DNA of 64,000 bases, from positions 2,647 through 66,646 of the forward strand of contig CAISZI010000051.1 of assembly GCA_903889905.1 (NCBI GenBank), read 5' to 3'. Shown piece after piece: positions 9,571 through 18,861 of this stretch (position 1 is its first letter; each line of letters begins with the position of its first letter). Source of the stretch: Candidatus Wirthbacteria bacterium (GTDB lineage: Bacteria > Patescibacteriota > CG2-30-54-11). The translations under genes and the position numbers were made by a program. The notes beneath the pieces were generated by a model, which was not told the origin of the DNA, ran no database searches, and saw only the letters and a list, made by a program, of their open reading frames with translations.

Positions 9571-11329
9571 GCCCCTTATTGTGCTGCAGCACGTGCAAGT
9601 CGGAGGAGTGGATTTGCTGCAGCCGACTGCGGCGCAGCTGCAGGATTTGAGTTTTACGCTGCTGACCGAACAGATCGTTCTGTTCGAAGCCAGCAGTCCC
9701 GGCGAGCTTGCCTTGCTGCTCGATGTCCTGCGTGGCAGAAGCAAACCCCAGGGGGGAATCTATGAATTTGATGGTCGGCGAATCCTGTTTGCCAAGTCAG
9801 ATGTCAGGGCACTGGAGAACCTTATCGTTTGCCTTAGTTATTTTCCGGCAATGCTCGAAGGGCATACGGTGGAACAATTTCTGCATCTGTCCTGCCAGGG
9901 AAAAGGAAATGATCCGCAGTGGCTGCAAACGTGTCCGGTTTGGCTGCAATTTTTTGATCTGGAAAATCAATCCAAGACGCCACTGGCGTCCTTGCAACTG
10001 GGTGAACAGTGGGCCGTGGGCATGATCAGTGTCTTTTTTTCGTCTGCCAGGGTGATCATTGTCCCAAAATTTCCAGATTATATTAGCCGTAAGCGGCGCC
10101 AGCAGGCAATCCTGGCCATTAAGGCCTGGACAGAGCTGCGGGGAACGGCGGCCATATTTGTTGATGCCACGGAAGTGGAAGGTGATTTGCCGCCTCCTTA
10201 TTATTTGCACCATGGCACGATTATTAATCCCACGGCGACGTCGGCACGGATGAGTGAGAATAAAATCAATACTGGCGCCGCCGTCAGCCTGGATGGAACA
10301 GGCCGGATTGAATTCATCAGTCAGGAAGCCGCCAGGAAGTTCCAGTTTGACCCGGCCAGACAGGAAGGGAAAACACTGCAGGATTTGGTCTGGCTGAGCA
10401 AAGACCGGCAGGAAGCCTTTGACCTGATCGCAGCGTTGCAGGATGAATTCAAACAGAAACGAACTGCTTTTGAGAAAACCTATCAGCTCTATGCGCGGGG
10501 ATCTGGCAAAGACCTTTATTTTTGGGAAATACAGGCATTCGTTGACCACCTGGCAGACGAGATCAAACAGATTGATCTGCTTGTTATTGACCGTACCGAA
10601 CAACACGAACTGGAACGGATGAAAATCGATTTTTCCGGCATTATGGCGCATGAGCTCAGGACCCCTTTGACAGGGATCGAAGGTAATCTGTCATTGCTCA
10701 AGTTCAGGCTGCAGGGCAAACTGGATGACACGGATCTGCAGATGATCCGATCCATGGAAATATGTACCAAACGGCTGCAAACGCTGATCGAAAATCTGCT
10801 TCGAATTGCCTCTGACCAGACTCATGCGATTGAATTGCGGTTTAAAAACGAAAATTTCAGTGAAATTGTCAATACTTCCCTCGTTCCGTACAACGAGCTT
10901 GTGCGTGCCAAACGAGCCACGTTAAAACTGGAGATTGAAAATGCGGCACTACCTGTTTTATGTGACAGCGTCCGTATTGTGGAAACGGTGGAAAATTTGC
11001 TTAACAACGCCTTGCAGCATGTTGATGAGAACGGCACGATCCGTGTCGCGGTGGCATACCAGATCAAGGCACGCAAGGTTCAATTGACTGTCACCAACAC
11101 CGGCAAACCTATCTCGCAGGAATCGTTGCCACATTTGTTTACGTTGTTTTATCGGGGCAACCAGGACAAAAAACATATTGATATGCACCTTGGGCTTGGA
11201 CTCTATATTGCCAAACGAATAATTGAGTCACACGGGGGAGATATCTGGGTCAGTTCTTCCCAGGAAGAAGGCACTACCTTTGGTTTATGGTTGCCATTTG
11301 AACCACCCAAGTATTTGTTGCAAAAATGA
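9560..11329 (+). CDS. sensor histidine kinase (cytoplasmic; PAS-like region, HisKA and HATPase_c domains)
   Basis: H-box MAHELRTPLTGIEGNLSLL. N-box and G-boxes LNNALQHVDENGTIRV, GLGLYIAKRIIESHGGDIWVSS. No TM segments in this ORF. Confidence 0.8.
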   Translation: MFSKPLIVLQHVQVGGVDLLQPTAAQLQDLSFTLLTEQIVLFEASSPGELALLLDVLRGRSKPQGGIYEFDGRRILFAKSDVRALENLIVCLSYFPAMLEGHTVEQFLHLSCQGKGNDPQWLQTCPVWLQFFDLENQSKTPLASLQLGEQWAVGMISVFFSSARVIIVPKFPDYISRKRRQQAILAIKAWTELRGTAAIFVDATEVEGDLPPPYYLHHGTIINPTATSARMSENKINTGAAVSLDGTGRIEFISQEAARKFQFDPARQEGKTLQDLVWLSKDRQEAFDLIAALQDEFKQKRTAFEKTYQLYARGSGKDLYFWEIQAFVDHLADEIKQIDLLVIDRTEQHELERMKIDFSGIMAHELRTPLTGIEGNLSLLKFRLQGKLDDTDLQMIRSMEICTKRLQTLIENLLRIASDQTHAIELRFKNENFSEIVNTSLVPYNELVRAKRATLKLEIENAALPVLCDSVRIVETVENLLNNALQHVDENGTIRVAVAYQIKARKVQLTVTNTGKPISQESLPHLFTLFYRGNQDKKHIDMHLGLGLYIAKRIIESHGGDIWVSSSQEEGTTFGLWLPFEPPKYLLQK

Positions 11330-11460
11330 TTTGATCGGGTGGGCTGGAGATTCGTCGGGTTGTTGGAGATTTTTTTGAGGCGTGACTGCGGCAAACCCAA
11401 AGGGGTATTTTTGACGCTGCTGGCGGCTTCAAGGTATCATGCGCGTGTCTCATTTGTTTT

Positions 11461-12363
11461 ATGGGAGCGCATGATATGACCCAGGCAAAGCAAAGTTTTG
11501 AACTTAAAACAGGGCTGGCCCAGATGCTCAAGGGCGGGGTGATCATGGATGTGGTCACGGTGGAACACGCCAAGATCGCGGAAGAAGCTGGCGCCTGCGC
11601 CGTCATGGCGCTCGAGCGCGTGCCCGCAGACATCCGTGCGGATGGCGGGGTGGCGCGTATGTCGGATCCGGAGTTGATCCAGCGCATCATGGCAGCCGTG
11701 ACGATTCCGGTCATGGCCAAGTGTCGGATCGGACATTTTGTCGAGGCGCAGATTTTGGAATCACTGGGTGTTGATTACATTGATGAAAGCGAAGTTTTGA
11801 CTCCGGCTGACGAAGAAAACCATGTCAATAAACATCACTTCAACGTTCCTTTTGTCTGCGGCTGCCGCAATCTGGGCGAAGCCCTGCGCCGCATCCACGA
11901 AGGTGCGGCGATGATCCGTACCAAAGGCGAAGCCGGTACGGGGAATGTGGTAGAAGCGGTGCGGCATGAACGTGCTGTGACGCGTGAGATTGAAGCTTTG
12001 AAAACCATGACCGAGACCAGCCTCAAAAATATCGCTGCCGAATATCGGGTTCCAGTGGAACTGGTCAAACAGGTGCAGACGCTGGGACGGCTGCCGGTCG
12101 TGAACTTTGCGGCGGGCGGCATCGCGACCCCGGCGGACGCGGCGCTGATGATGCAGCTCGGGGTGGATGGCGTGTTTGTGGGCAGTGGAATTTTCAAATC
12201 AGGCGACCCCCAGAAACGTGCCAAAGCCATTGTGCAGGCCACGACGCATTTTCGGGATGCCAAAATTCTGGCTGACGTCAGCAAAGGCCTGGGTGAGGCC
12301 ATGGTGGGGATCGAGATTGATACGATCGTCGAGGCGCAGTTGATGGCGAAAAGGGGAAATTGA
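11461..12363 (+). CDS. pdxS: pyridoxal 5'-phosphate synthase lyase subunit PdxS
   Basis: [48 protein letters not shown]; the physiological start may be the second ATG at 11476 (MTQAKQ...). Confidence 0.9.
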   Translation: MGAHDMTQAKQSFELKTGLAQMLKGGVIMDVVTVEHAKIAEEAGACAVMALERVPADIRADGGVARMSDPELIQRIMAAVTIPVMAKCRIGHFVEAQILESLGVDYIDESEVLTPADEENHVNKHHFNVPFVCGCRNLGEALRRIHEGAAMIRTKGEAGTGNVVEAVRHERAVTREIEALKTMTETSLKNIAAEYRVPVELVKQVQTLGRLPVVNFAAGGIATPADAALMMQLGVDGVFVGSGIFKSGDPQKRAKAIVQATTHFRDAKILADVSKGLGEAMVGIEIDTIVEAQLMAKRGN

Positions 12364-12458
12364 AATAACTAAATTCTAAATACTAACATCCAAACGGGTG
12401 CGTATTTAGACGATTCTTCGTTTGGTGATTCGTTATTCGTTATTAGAACTTTACGTTT

Positions 12459-13049
12459 ATGCAAATTGGTGTTTTGGCTTTGCAGGGTGCGTTTGCGGAA
12501 CACGTAGCGATGCTGCGCCGTCTTGGCGTGACGCCAAAAGAGGTGCGCCTGCCGTGTGACATGGAAGGTCTGGATGGACTGATCATGCCAGGAGGCGAAA
12601 GTACCGTCATGGGCAAGTTGGCCACTGCGTTTAAGCTGATTGACCCGATCCGTAATTTTGCCTATGCCCGCAAACCGATCTGGGGAACCTGCGCTGGACT
12701 CATCTTTATGGCCCGCGATGTGGGGCATGTACAGCCACTCCTTGATTTGTTGTATGTGAAGGTTGAGCGCAATGCCTTTGGCCGGCAGGTGGACAGTTTT
12801 ATTGCCGATCTTCCCATACCCATCGTGAACAAGGCGTTGGGATTGGTGGACACTCCTTTTCGGGCGATGTTCATCCGGGCGCCGATCGTAAAATCGGTAG
12901 GACAAGGAGTCGACATCCTTGCGCAGCTGCCGGACGGTAAGATCGTGGCAGTGCAACAGGAACACTTGCTGGGGACGTCGTTTCATCCCGAACTGACCCA
13001 GGATGGCCGGATGCACCAGTATTTTTTGAATTTGGTCGAAAACAGCTAA
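12459..13049 (+). CDS. pdxT: pyridoxal 5'-phosphate synthase glutaminase subunit PdxT
   Basis: MQIGVLALQGAFAEHVAMLRRLG...GTCAG...SFHPE are class I glutamine amidotransferase motifs; adjacent to pdxS. Confidence 0.9.
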   Translation: MQIGVLALQGAFAEHVAMLRRLGVTPKEVRLPCDMEGLDGLIMPGGESTVMGKLATAFKLIDPIRNFAYARKPIWGTCAGLIFMARDVGHVQPLLDLLYVKVERNAFGRQVDSFIADLPIPIVNKALGLVDTPFRAMFIRAPIVKSVGQGVDILAQLPDGKIVAVQQEHLLGTSFHPELTQDGRMHQYFLNLVENS

Positions 13050-13059
13050 CGGGAACACT

Positions 13060-15414
13060 ATGGTTTTATTAAAAAAATGGCTTTACCCGGCACTTCTGGT
13101 GGTGATCGGGTTGGTGTTGTTTGCACCCTACTTTTTGTGGGGGAAGGTTCCCATCGCTGGTGCAATCCTGAATGCGGTTTCGCCCTTTCATGTCGTCAAT
13201 ACCAATCCCATTATTTCTGATCCGGCCACTGGTGTTTTTCCTTATCTGTCGCTGACGTGGGATGCACTACGCCATGGGCAGTTAATGTTGTGGAATCCTT
13301 ATCTGTTTGCCGGATTGCCTTACATTGCCGGCAGCCCAGTCACCTTTTTGTATCCGCTGCAGGCGTTGGCCCTGCTTTTGGGAAATACGGATACCTATAC
13401 TTGGATTGTTCTCCTGCAGTCGATCTTGAGCGGCCTTTTTATGTATTGGTTTTTGCGAACGCTCAAGCTGCTCCCGGCGGCCAGCTTGTTTGGAGCAATT
13501 GCCTTGATGTTGTGTGGGCCGATGGCCGTTTGGCTGGAATTTGGGAACATGGATGCCACTTTGATGTGTTTGCCACTGGCCTTGGTCTGCATCACTCGTC
13601 TGTGGCAACAACCGAAAATAGGGAATATGATTTTCACCACACTGGCGCTTGGGCTTGCCTTGCTGGCCGGTTTTTCGCAGTTTGCCGTCTATTTATTTTT
13701 TCTTTGTTTTCTTTATTCCCTGGCGCACTTCTGGCAGGCGAGAGCGGTCGTCTGTTGGCGGAGAATTGTGCTGCTGGGTGCGCCTTTTGCGCTTGCCCTG
13801 CTTCTGGGCGGTGTGCAACTTCTGCCGACCTGGGTGCAGGGCAGCGTTGCTTTCCATAGTCTTGAGCCAGGACCCATTGTCGGAAACAGCAGTTTTTATC
13901 CCATCGAGCACCTCATGACATTGGCTATGCCGGATTATTTTGGTAATTCTTTGCATGCCAACTACTGGGGAAAAAATAATTACAACGAAGCGGCTATTTA
14001 TGTCGGTGTCGCCACTTTGTTGCTGGCAATTTTGGCGATGGTGGCTGTTTACCGACGGAAAGCGGTACTTTTATGGATCGGCATGTTGGGGGGCAGCCTT
14101 TTGTTCCTGTTCCATACGCCTGTTTTTGATGTGCTGCGTTATTTCATCCCTTTGCTGGGGCAGCATTCGCCGCTGCGTGCTGCTTTTATGCTCTCGTTTG
14201 CGCTCATCATGCTCTCCGCTTACAGTTGGGATTGGTGGTTGCGTCAAATCAATTTTGTGCACTGTCGTAAAGTTCTGTTGCGAGCTGTGATGCTGCTCCT
14301 GGTGATGGTGACCGGTTTGTATGTGCTGATGTTTGTTTTGCCGGGGTTAAAGCAGGAATTGGTTCTCGATGCGTTGTTGGCAGAGGGGCCGGTCTTTTTG
14401 GTTTTGCTGGTAGGCACAGTTGCCCTGCTGCTGCTGACGAAATGGCCACGATTAGATAAACGGTTGGTGGCGGTTGCTGCTTTATGTCTGAGCCTGCTGT
14501 TGCTCTCTGAGCTGGGGTGGAGGGCGTCTCAATACAACCCTTTTGTGCCGCGTGCAGCGGTGTATCCACCCGCGTGGCCCGTGGCTAATTTTCTCCACAC
14601 GGATCCGGACCTTTACCGTGTTTATTTTCCCTCGGGCGATGGCTTTGATGTTTTTCTGCCGTATAAAATTCAAATGATCACGGGTTACGATCCGCTCTAT
14701 CCTGCGCAATTCAAGCAGTTGGTGGAGGCGGGAAGCCAGTCCTTGACCAGCGATAGTCCACTTTGGCCCTATGGGATGTCGCCTTTACTGTTGAACCTTC
14801 TCAATACCAAATATGTAATTAATGAGTTTGCCTTTTCAGCCGATACGTTGCGCGTTTTCCAGCTCAAACAGGTTTATAGTGATGGCAAAGACTGGATCTA
14901 TCTCAATCAGGCCGCTTTGCCGCGCGCGTACATGGCTTATCAGTGCGCATCCTTGACAGGGGAGGCTGTTTTGACGCAGATCAAACAGGGTGTATTGCCA
15001 ATCACCGCAGAGGTGGCGATCGAAAGCAACCCTTCCCTTTGTGCGCAACTGGCCACGCATCCGGTCCATGCGGTTAGCAGTAATGGTGTCCAGATCGTCA
15101 GTTACAACAACAATCGTGTGCAGCTCGAGGTCTCAATCCCGCAGGCTGGCCTGTTGGTTTTGGGTGATAGTTTCAACCCTGACTGGAAAGCACTGGTCAA
15201 TGGCAAGCAACAACCGGTACTGAAAACAAATTTCAACTTTCGTTCTGTTTATTTGCCCACCGCCGGTACGTATGCAGTAGAATTTGTCTATACGTCAAAT
15301 GCTTTTGTCTGGGGAGTTGCAGCCACGGCGACCGGTTTGTTGATCTGCTTGTCGCTGTTCGTCCTTGGTGTTGTCCCCTGGCAAAAATGGAGAAGTCGAG
15401 GAAAACGCGGGTAG
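13060..15414 (+). CDS. large polytopic membrane protein, YfhO-like / GT-C-type putative glycosyltransferase (784 aa)
   Basis: About 14 TM helices in the N-terminal two-thirds and a hydrophilic C-terminal domain with a terminal TM; architecture typical of YfhO family. Confidence 0.5.
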   Translation: MVLLKKWLYPALLVVIGLVLFAPYFLWGKVPIAGAILNAVSPFHVVNTNPIISDPATGVFPYLSLTWDALRHGQLMLWNPYLFAGLPYIAGSPVTFLYPLQALALLLGNTDTYTWIVLLQSILSGLFMYWFLRTLKLLPAASLFGAIALMLCGPMAVWLEFGNMDATLMCLPLALVCITRLWQQPKIGNMIFTTLALGLALLAGFSQFAVYLFFLCFLYSLAHFWQARAVVCWRRIVLLGAPFALALLLGGVQLLPTWVQGSVAFHSLEPGPIVGNSSFYPIEHLMTLAMPDYFGNSLHANYWGKNNYNEAAIYVGVATLLLAILAMVAVYRRKAVLLWIGMLGGSLLFLFHTPVFDVLRYFIPLLGQHSPLRAAFMLSFALIMLSAYSWDWWLRQINFVHCRKVLLRAVMLLLVMVTGLYVLMFVLPGLKQELVLDALLAEGPVFLVLLVGTVALLLLTKWPRLDKRLVAVAALCLSLLLLSELGWRASQYNPFVPRAAVYPPAWPVANFLHTDPDLYRVYFPSGDGFDVFLPYKIQMITGYDPLYPAQFKQLVEAGSQSLTSDSPLWPYGMSPLLLNLLNTKYVINEFAFSADTLRVFQLKQVYSDGKDWIYLNQAALPRAYMAYQCASLTGEAVLTQIKQGVLPITAEVAIESNPSLCAQLATHPVHAVSSNGVQIVSYNNNRVQLEVSIPQAGLLVLGDSFNPDWKALVNGKQQPVLKTNFNFRSVYLPTAGTYAVEFVYTSNAFVWGVAATATGLLICLSLFVLGVVPWQKWRSRGKRG

Positions 15415-15477
15415 TCATTTTATTGTTTTAAATTTGTTTTACCAGCGTCTCTATATTCATCACTCAAGGGGTCATTC

Positions 15478-16578
15478 ATGTCAACGCTCGCACCGGTCCG
15501 TGTCGCCAACGATGTATTGTCCGGTTTTTGTGCTCAGATTTTGCAAACGCTGAATGTCTCGCTGGAAAATGCCAACCTGACCACCGCAGTCCTGGTCAAG
15601 GCCGATTTGCGTGGCGTGTATTCGCATGGCGTGGGACGGATGCGGCGTTATGTGAGTGGCATTCAAGCCGGGACGATTTTACCGCAAGCTGAAGCAACGG
15701 TTGTCAAGGAAACGGCTTGTACGGCGTTGCTTGATGCAGGCGGCGGTTTGGGGCAACCGGCGGGCTGGTCGGGTATGACCTCAGCCCTGATGAAGGCCAA
15801 AACGCATGGCATCGGTATCGCGACCGTGGCGAACTCCAACCATTTTGGCATTGCCGGGTATTACAGCATGATGGCGCTCCAGTGGGACATGATCGGCCTG
15901 GCGTTTACCAACAGTGCGCCGCTTCTGGTTCCCACCTTTGGGCGGGACGCGCTGCTGGGAACCAATCCGATCAGCATGGCAGTGCCATCGGCCGCCGCGC
16001 CATTTGTGCTCGACATGGCAACAGCGATTGTGCCGCGTGGCAAGCTTGAGGTGGCTGCCCGTGAGGGCAAACCTATTCCACCGGGCTGGGCCACGGATGA
16101 AAATGGTTTGCCTACCACGGATCCGTTGCGTGTCATCCAGAACCTGAACCAGCGTCTGGGCGGCGGGTTGCTTCCTTTGGGCGGCGTGGGCGAGGAAATG
16201 GGCGGACACAAAGGTTATGGCCTTGCGGCCATGGTGGATATTCTGACCGGAGTGCTCAGCGGCTCTGGGTATCTGGGCAAAGTTTATCCCCAATCGCCCG
16301 ATGGCAAACCGCTCCCGGCTAATGTCGCGCATACCTTTATGGCCATCAACGTGGCCATGTTCCGTGATCTGATGGAGTTCAAGGCAGACATGGCGGATTT
16401 TATGCAGATTTTGCGTCAGTCGGCCAAAGCCGCCGATGCCAGTCGCATTTACCTGGCCGGTGAAAAGGAAGCCGAGCTGGAGAACGAACAGCTGACGCAT
16501 GGTATCAAGCTCACCGCCAAAGTGGTGGAAGATTTGCGTCAGTTGGGCCAGGAACTGGGCGTGGGTTGCTCTTTTTAA
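15478..16578 (+). CDS. Ldh_2 family malate/L-lactate/sulfolactate dehydrogenase
   Basis: KADLRGVYSHGVGRMRRYV and GTNPISMAVP resemble the Ldh_2 fold family; 366 aa. Confidence 0.7.
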   Translation: MSTLAPVRVANDVLSGFCAQILQTLNVSLENANLTTAVLVKADLRGVYSHGVGRMRRYVSGIQAGTILPQAEATVVKETACTALLDAGGGLGQPAGWSGMTSALMKAKTHGIGIATVANSNHFGIAGYYSMMALQWDMIGLAFTNSAPLLVPTFGRDALLGTNPISMAVPSAAAPFVLDMATAIVPRGKLEVAAREGKPIPPGWATDENGLPTTDPLRVIQNLNQRLGGGLLPLGGVGEEMGGHKGYGLAAMVDILTGVLSGSGYLGKVYPQSPDGKPLPANVAHTFMAINVAMFRDLMEFKADMADFMQILRQSAKAADASRIYLAGEKEAELENEQLTHGIKLTAKVVEDLRQLGQELGVGCSF

Positions 16579-16590
16579 TGAGACAGGACA

Positions 16591-17241
16591 ATGATCAAAG
16601 CTTGTTTGTTTGATGTCGATGGCGTACTGATTCAGAGTATCCAGGCACATCGTGAGGCGTGGAAAATATTTGCCCGGGAAATGCAACTGGCGATTTCAAT
16701 GGCTGAGTTGGAAAAGGCAACCCGTGGTTATTCCACCAGTGTCTGCATGCAGAATCTACTCGGTCGGGATTTATCAGAAGCAGCCATCCTGCGCCATGTG
16801 CAACACAAAGAAAAGCTGGCCTCAGCGTTGTTCAAACCGATAGAGTCGTTGACCCCAGGAATTGTGCCGTTTTTGACCGACCTGCGCGCGCGAGGGATCA
16901 AAATTGGTTATGCCACCAATACCGAGCGGGCCAATCTGGAGAGCAAATTTGTCGGTACACCGCTGCCTGAACTGGCTGATTTTATTGCCACAGCCACGGA
17001 TGTCACTTATCCCAAACCGCATCCGGAGATTTATCTCAAGGCTGCGCAAGTGTTGGGAGCGGCTGCGTCGGAGTGCCTTGTCTTTGAAGATTCACCGCCG
17101 GGCATTACAGCGGGGCAAACGGCTGGTATGAAAGTCGTTATGCTTCGGACGGATTATAATCAAATGATTGCCGCTGACGACGTGGCCAAAGTGATCACGG
17201 ATTTTAGGGAGCTGACTGCGGCAGCGGCGCTTAGTCTTTAG
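16591..17241 (+). CDS. HAD-superfamily hydrolase (beta-phosphoglucomutase-like subfamily IA), paralog 1
   Basis: Motif [13 protein letters not shown]. Motif III/IV region ...YPKPHPEIYL...VFEDSPPGI. Confidence 0.75.
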   Translation: MIKACLFDVDGVLIQSIQAHREAWKIFAREMQLAISMAELEKATRGYSTSVCMQNLLGRDLSEAAILRHVQHKEKLASALFKPIESLTPGIVPFLTDLRARGIKIGYATNTERANLESKFVGTPLPELADFIATATDVTYPKPHPEIYLKAAQVLGAAASECLVFEDSPPGITAGQTAGMKVVMLRTDYNQMIAADDVAKVITDFRELTAAAALSL

Positions 17242-17248
17242 GAATCTG

Positions 17249-17899
17249 ATGTTACGAGCCTGTTTGTTTGATGTCGATGGTGTCTTGATCCAAAGTGAAT
17301 GGGCGCATGAAGCGACCTGGATGGATTTGGCGCGGGAGCAGAAATTGACACTTTCAGAACAGGAAGTTCACGCTCGTACCCAGGGGCATACCCTGGTGGA
17401 AGGGCTGAAGAATTTGTTTGGTCAGGATATTTCTGCTCGGCAATTGGCGGAGTTCTCGGCACGCAAAGAGGCGTTATTCCGGGAGCGCTTTGATCCGCCT
17501 CGGCATCTGACGCCAGGAGTCATGGATTTTTTGGAGGCACTGCATGCCAAGCGCATTAAAATTGCTTTTGTTACCAATACCAGCCGCGTTAACCTTAATC
17601 CGAAACTGTTGGGTACCGGACTGCCGGAACTGGCGGATACGATCGTGACCGCTGATGAGGTAAAGCGTGGCAAACCCGATCCGGAAATGTATCTATTGGC
17701 TGCTGCACGCCTGGGCGCACTGCCGGGGGAATGCCTGATTTTTGAAGATGCAGTTCCCGGCATCAAGGCGGCGCAGGCGGCGGGGATAAAAGTTGTTTTG
17801 TTGCGAGCCGAATACAATCGGTCGGTTACGGACAATAGTGTCGCCAAAGTGATTGGGGATTTCAGGGGGATGACAATGGAGTATCTGCGCGGACTTTAG
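17249..17899 (+). CDS. HAD-superfamily hydrolase, paralog 2 (tandem duplicate)
   Basis: [12 protein letters not shown]...GKPDPEMYL...IFEDAVPGI; same length (216 aa) as the upstream paralog. Confidence 0.75.
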   Translation: MLRACLFDVDGVLIQSEWAHEATWMDLAREQKLTLSEQEVHARTQGHTLVEGLKNLFGQDISARQLAEFSARKEALFRERFDPPRHLTPGVMDFLEALHAKRIKIAFVTNTSRVNLNPKLLGTGLPELADTIVTADEVKRGKPDPEMYLLAAARLGALPGECLIFEDAVPGIKAAQAAGIKVVLLRAEYNRSVTDNSVAKVIGDFRGMTMEYLRGL

Positions 17900-17908
17900 T
17901 TTTTTTGC

Positions 17909-18006
17909 TGTCATTGCGAGCCTTGCGCGGCAATCTAGTGTTTTTTTGAGTGGTGAGCGGTGCAAAGCGACTAGATTGCCACGTCCCGTTGGTCCTCGCA
18001 ATGACA
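17909..18006. repeat. miniature inverted-repeat element, copy 2 (TIRs TGTCATTGCGAG / CTCGCAATGACA)
   Basis: Shares 12-bp TIRs and the CTAGATTGCCACGTC core with copy 1 at 5534..5620; also contains the inverse GGCAATCTAG. Confidence 0.6.
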
Positions 18007-18035
18007 TTACTTTCATTAAGACAAAGGAGAAACTC

Positions 18036-18455
18036 ATGAAATCCTATCGTCATGAAATCGCCCTCGACATTCCTTCTCGTCGAGGCTTCGTCAACATCAC
18101 CCGTGACGTCGAAGCCTGTCTACATGAAAGCGGTATTCAGGAAGGACTTTGCTTGGTTAATACGATGCACATTACCGCATCGGTGTATATCAACGACGCC
18201 GAATCTGGTCTTCTGCACGATTACGAAAAGCTCCTCGAACGCCTCGCCCCGCACGAGCCCACTGGCCAGTACGAACACAATCTGACCGGCGAAGACAACG
18301 CCGACGCGCACCTCAAACGCCAGCTCATGGGGCGAGAGGTGGTGGTCGCGATCACCAAAGGCAAGTTGGACTTCGGGACATGGGAGCAGATTTATTATGC
18401 GGAGTTTGATGGAAAGAGGAAGAAAAGGGTGCTGGTGAAAATAATTGGTGATTAA
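18036..18455 (+). CDS. YjbQ/UPF0047 family protein (secondary thiamine-phosphate synthase-like)
   Basis: [25 protein letters not shown]...[12 protein letters not shown]...[20 protein letters not shown] is a UPF0047 pattern. RBS AAAGGAGA 7 nt upstream of the ATG at 18036. Confidence 0.7.
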   Translation: MKSYRHEIALDIPSRRGFVNITRDVEACLHESGIQEGLCLVNTMHITASVYINDAESGLLHDYEKLLERLAPHEPTGQYEHNLTGEDNADAHLKRQLMGREVVVAITKGKLDFGTWEQIYYAEFDGKRKKRVLVKIIGD

Positions 18456-18467
18456 TTTGAGGAGAAG

Positions 18468-18773
18468 ATGAAAAGTTGGCAAAAAGTAGCGGGTTGGGTC
18501 ATTCTTTGTTTTTTTACGTTGCATCTGATCCGAGACCTGTCTCAGGACTTTGGCCTGAATGTATTTTGGGCAACGGTGTTAACGAAAACGCCTCGGACGC
18601 CTTACTATCCTCTAATTTGGCAAGTGTTTAATACCTATCTATTTGATTTAAGTGGAATTATATTGCCTGTCTTGTTTTTGAAACGAAATCGATTTGGTCG
18701 GCTGGGCCAAATCAGCGTGATTTTGAGTTTAATATTTATCGGATTGTGGTCCGTTAGCTGGCTTTGGCTCTAA
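18468..18773 (+). CDS. small hypothetical membrane protein (101 aa)
   Basis: ORF with three hydrophobic helices. Confidence 0.3.
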   Translation: MKSWQKVAGWVILCFFTLHLIRDLSQDFGLNVFWATVLTKTPRTPYYPLIWQVFNTYLFDLSGIILPVLFLKRNRFGRLGQISVILSLIFIGLWSVSWLWL

Positions 18774-18861
18774 TGACCCCATTTTGATCCCTCATTGACA
18801 CTGATTTGATCGGTCGATCCGGTTTACTCTTTAGACGCTTTATCAGCGTCTTTTTTGTAAC

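Noticed and set aside
9797-10651. 284-aa minus-strand ORF
   Set aside because: Antisense shadow inside the histidine kinase gene.
12369-13058. 229-aa minus-strand ORF
   Set aside because: Antisense shadow of pdxT.
15781-16686. 301-aa minus-strand ORF
   Set aside because: Antisense shadow of the Ldh_2 dehydrogenase gene; His/Arg-rich low-complexity translation.
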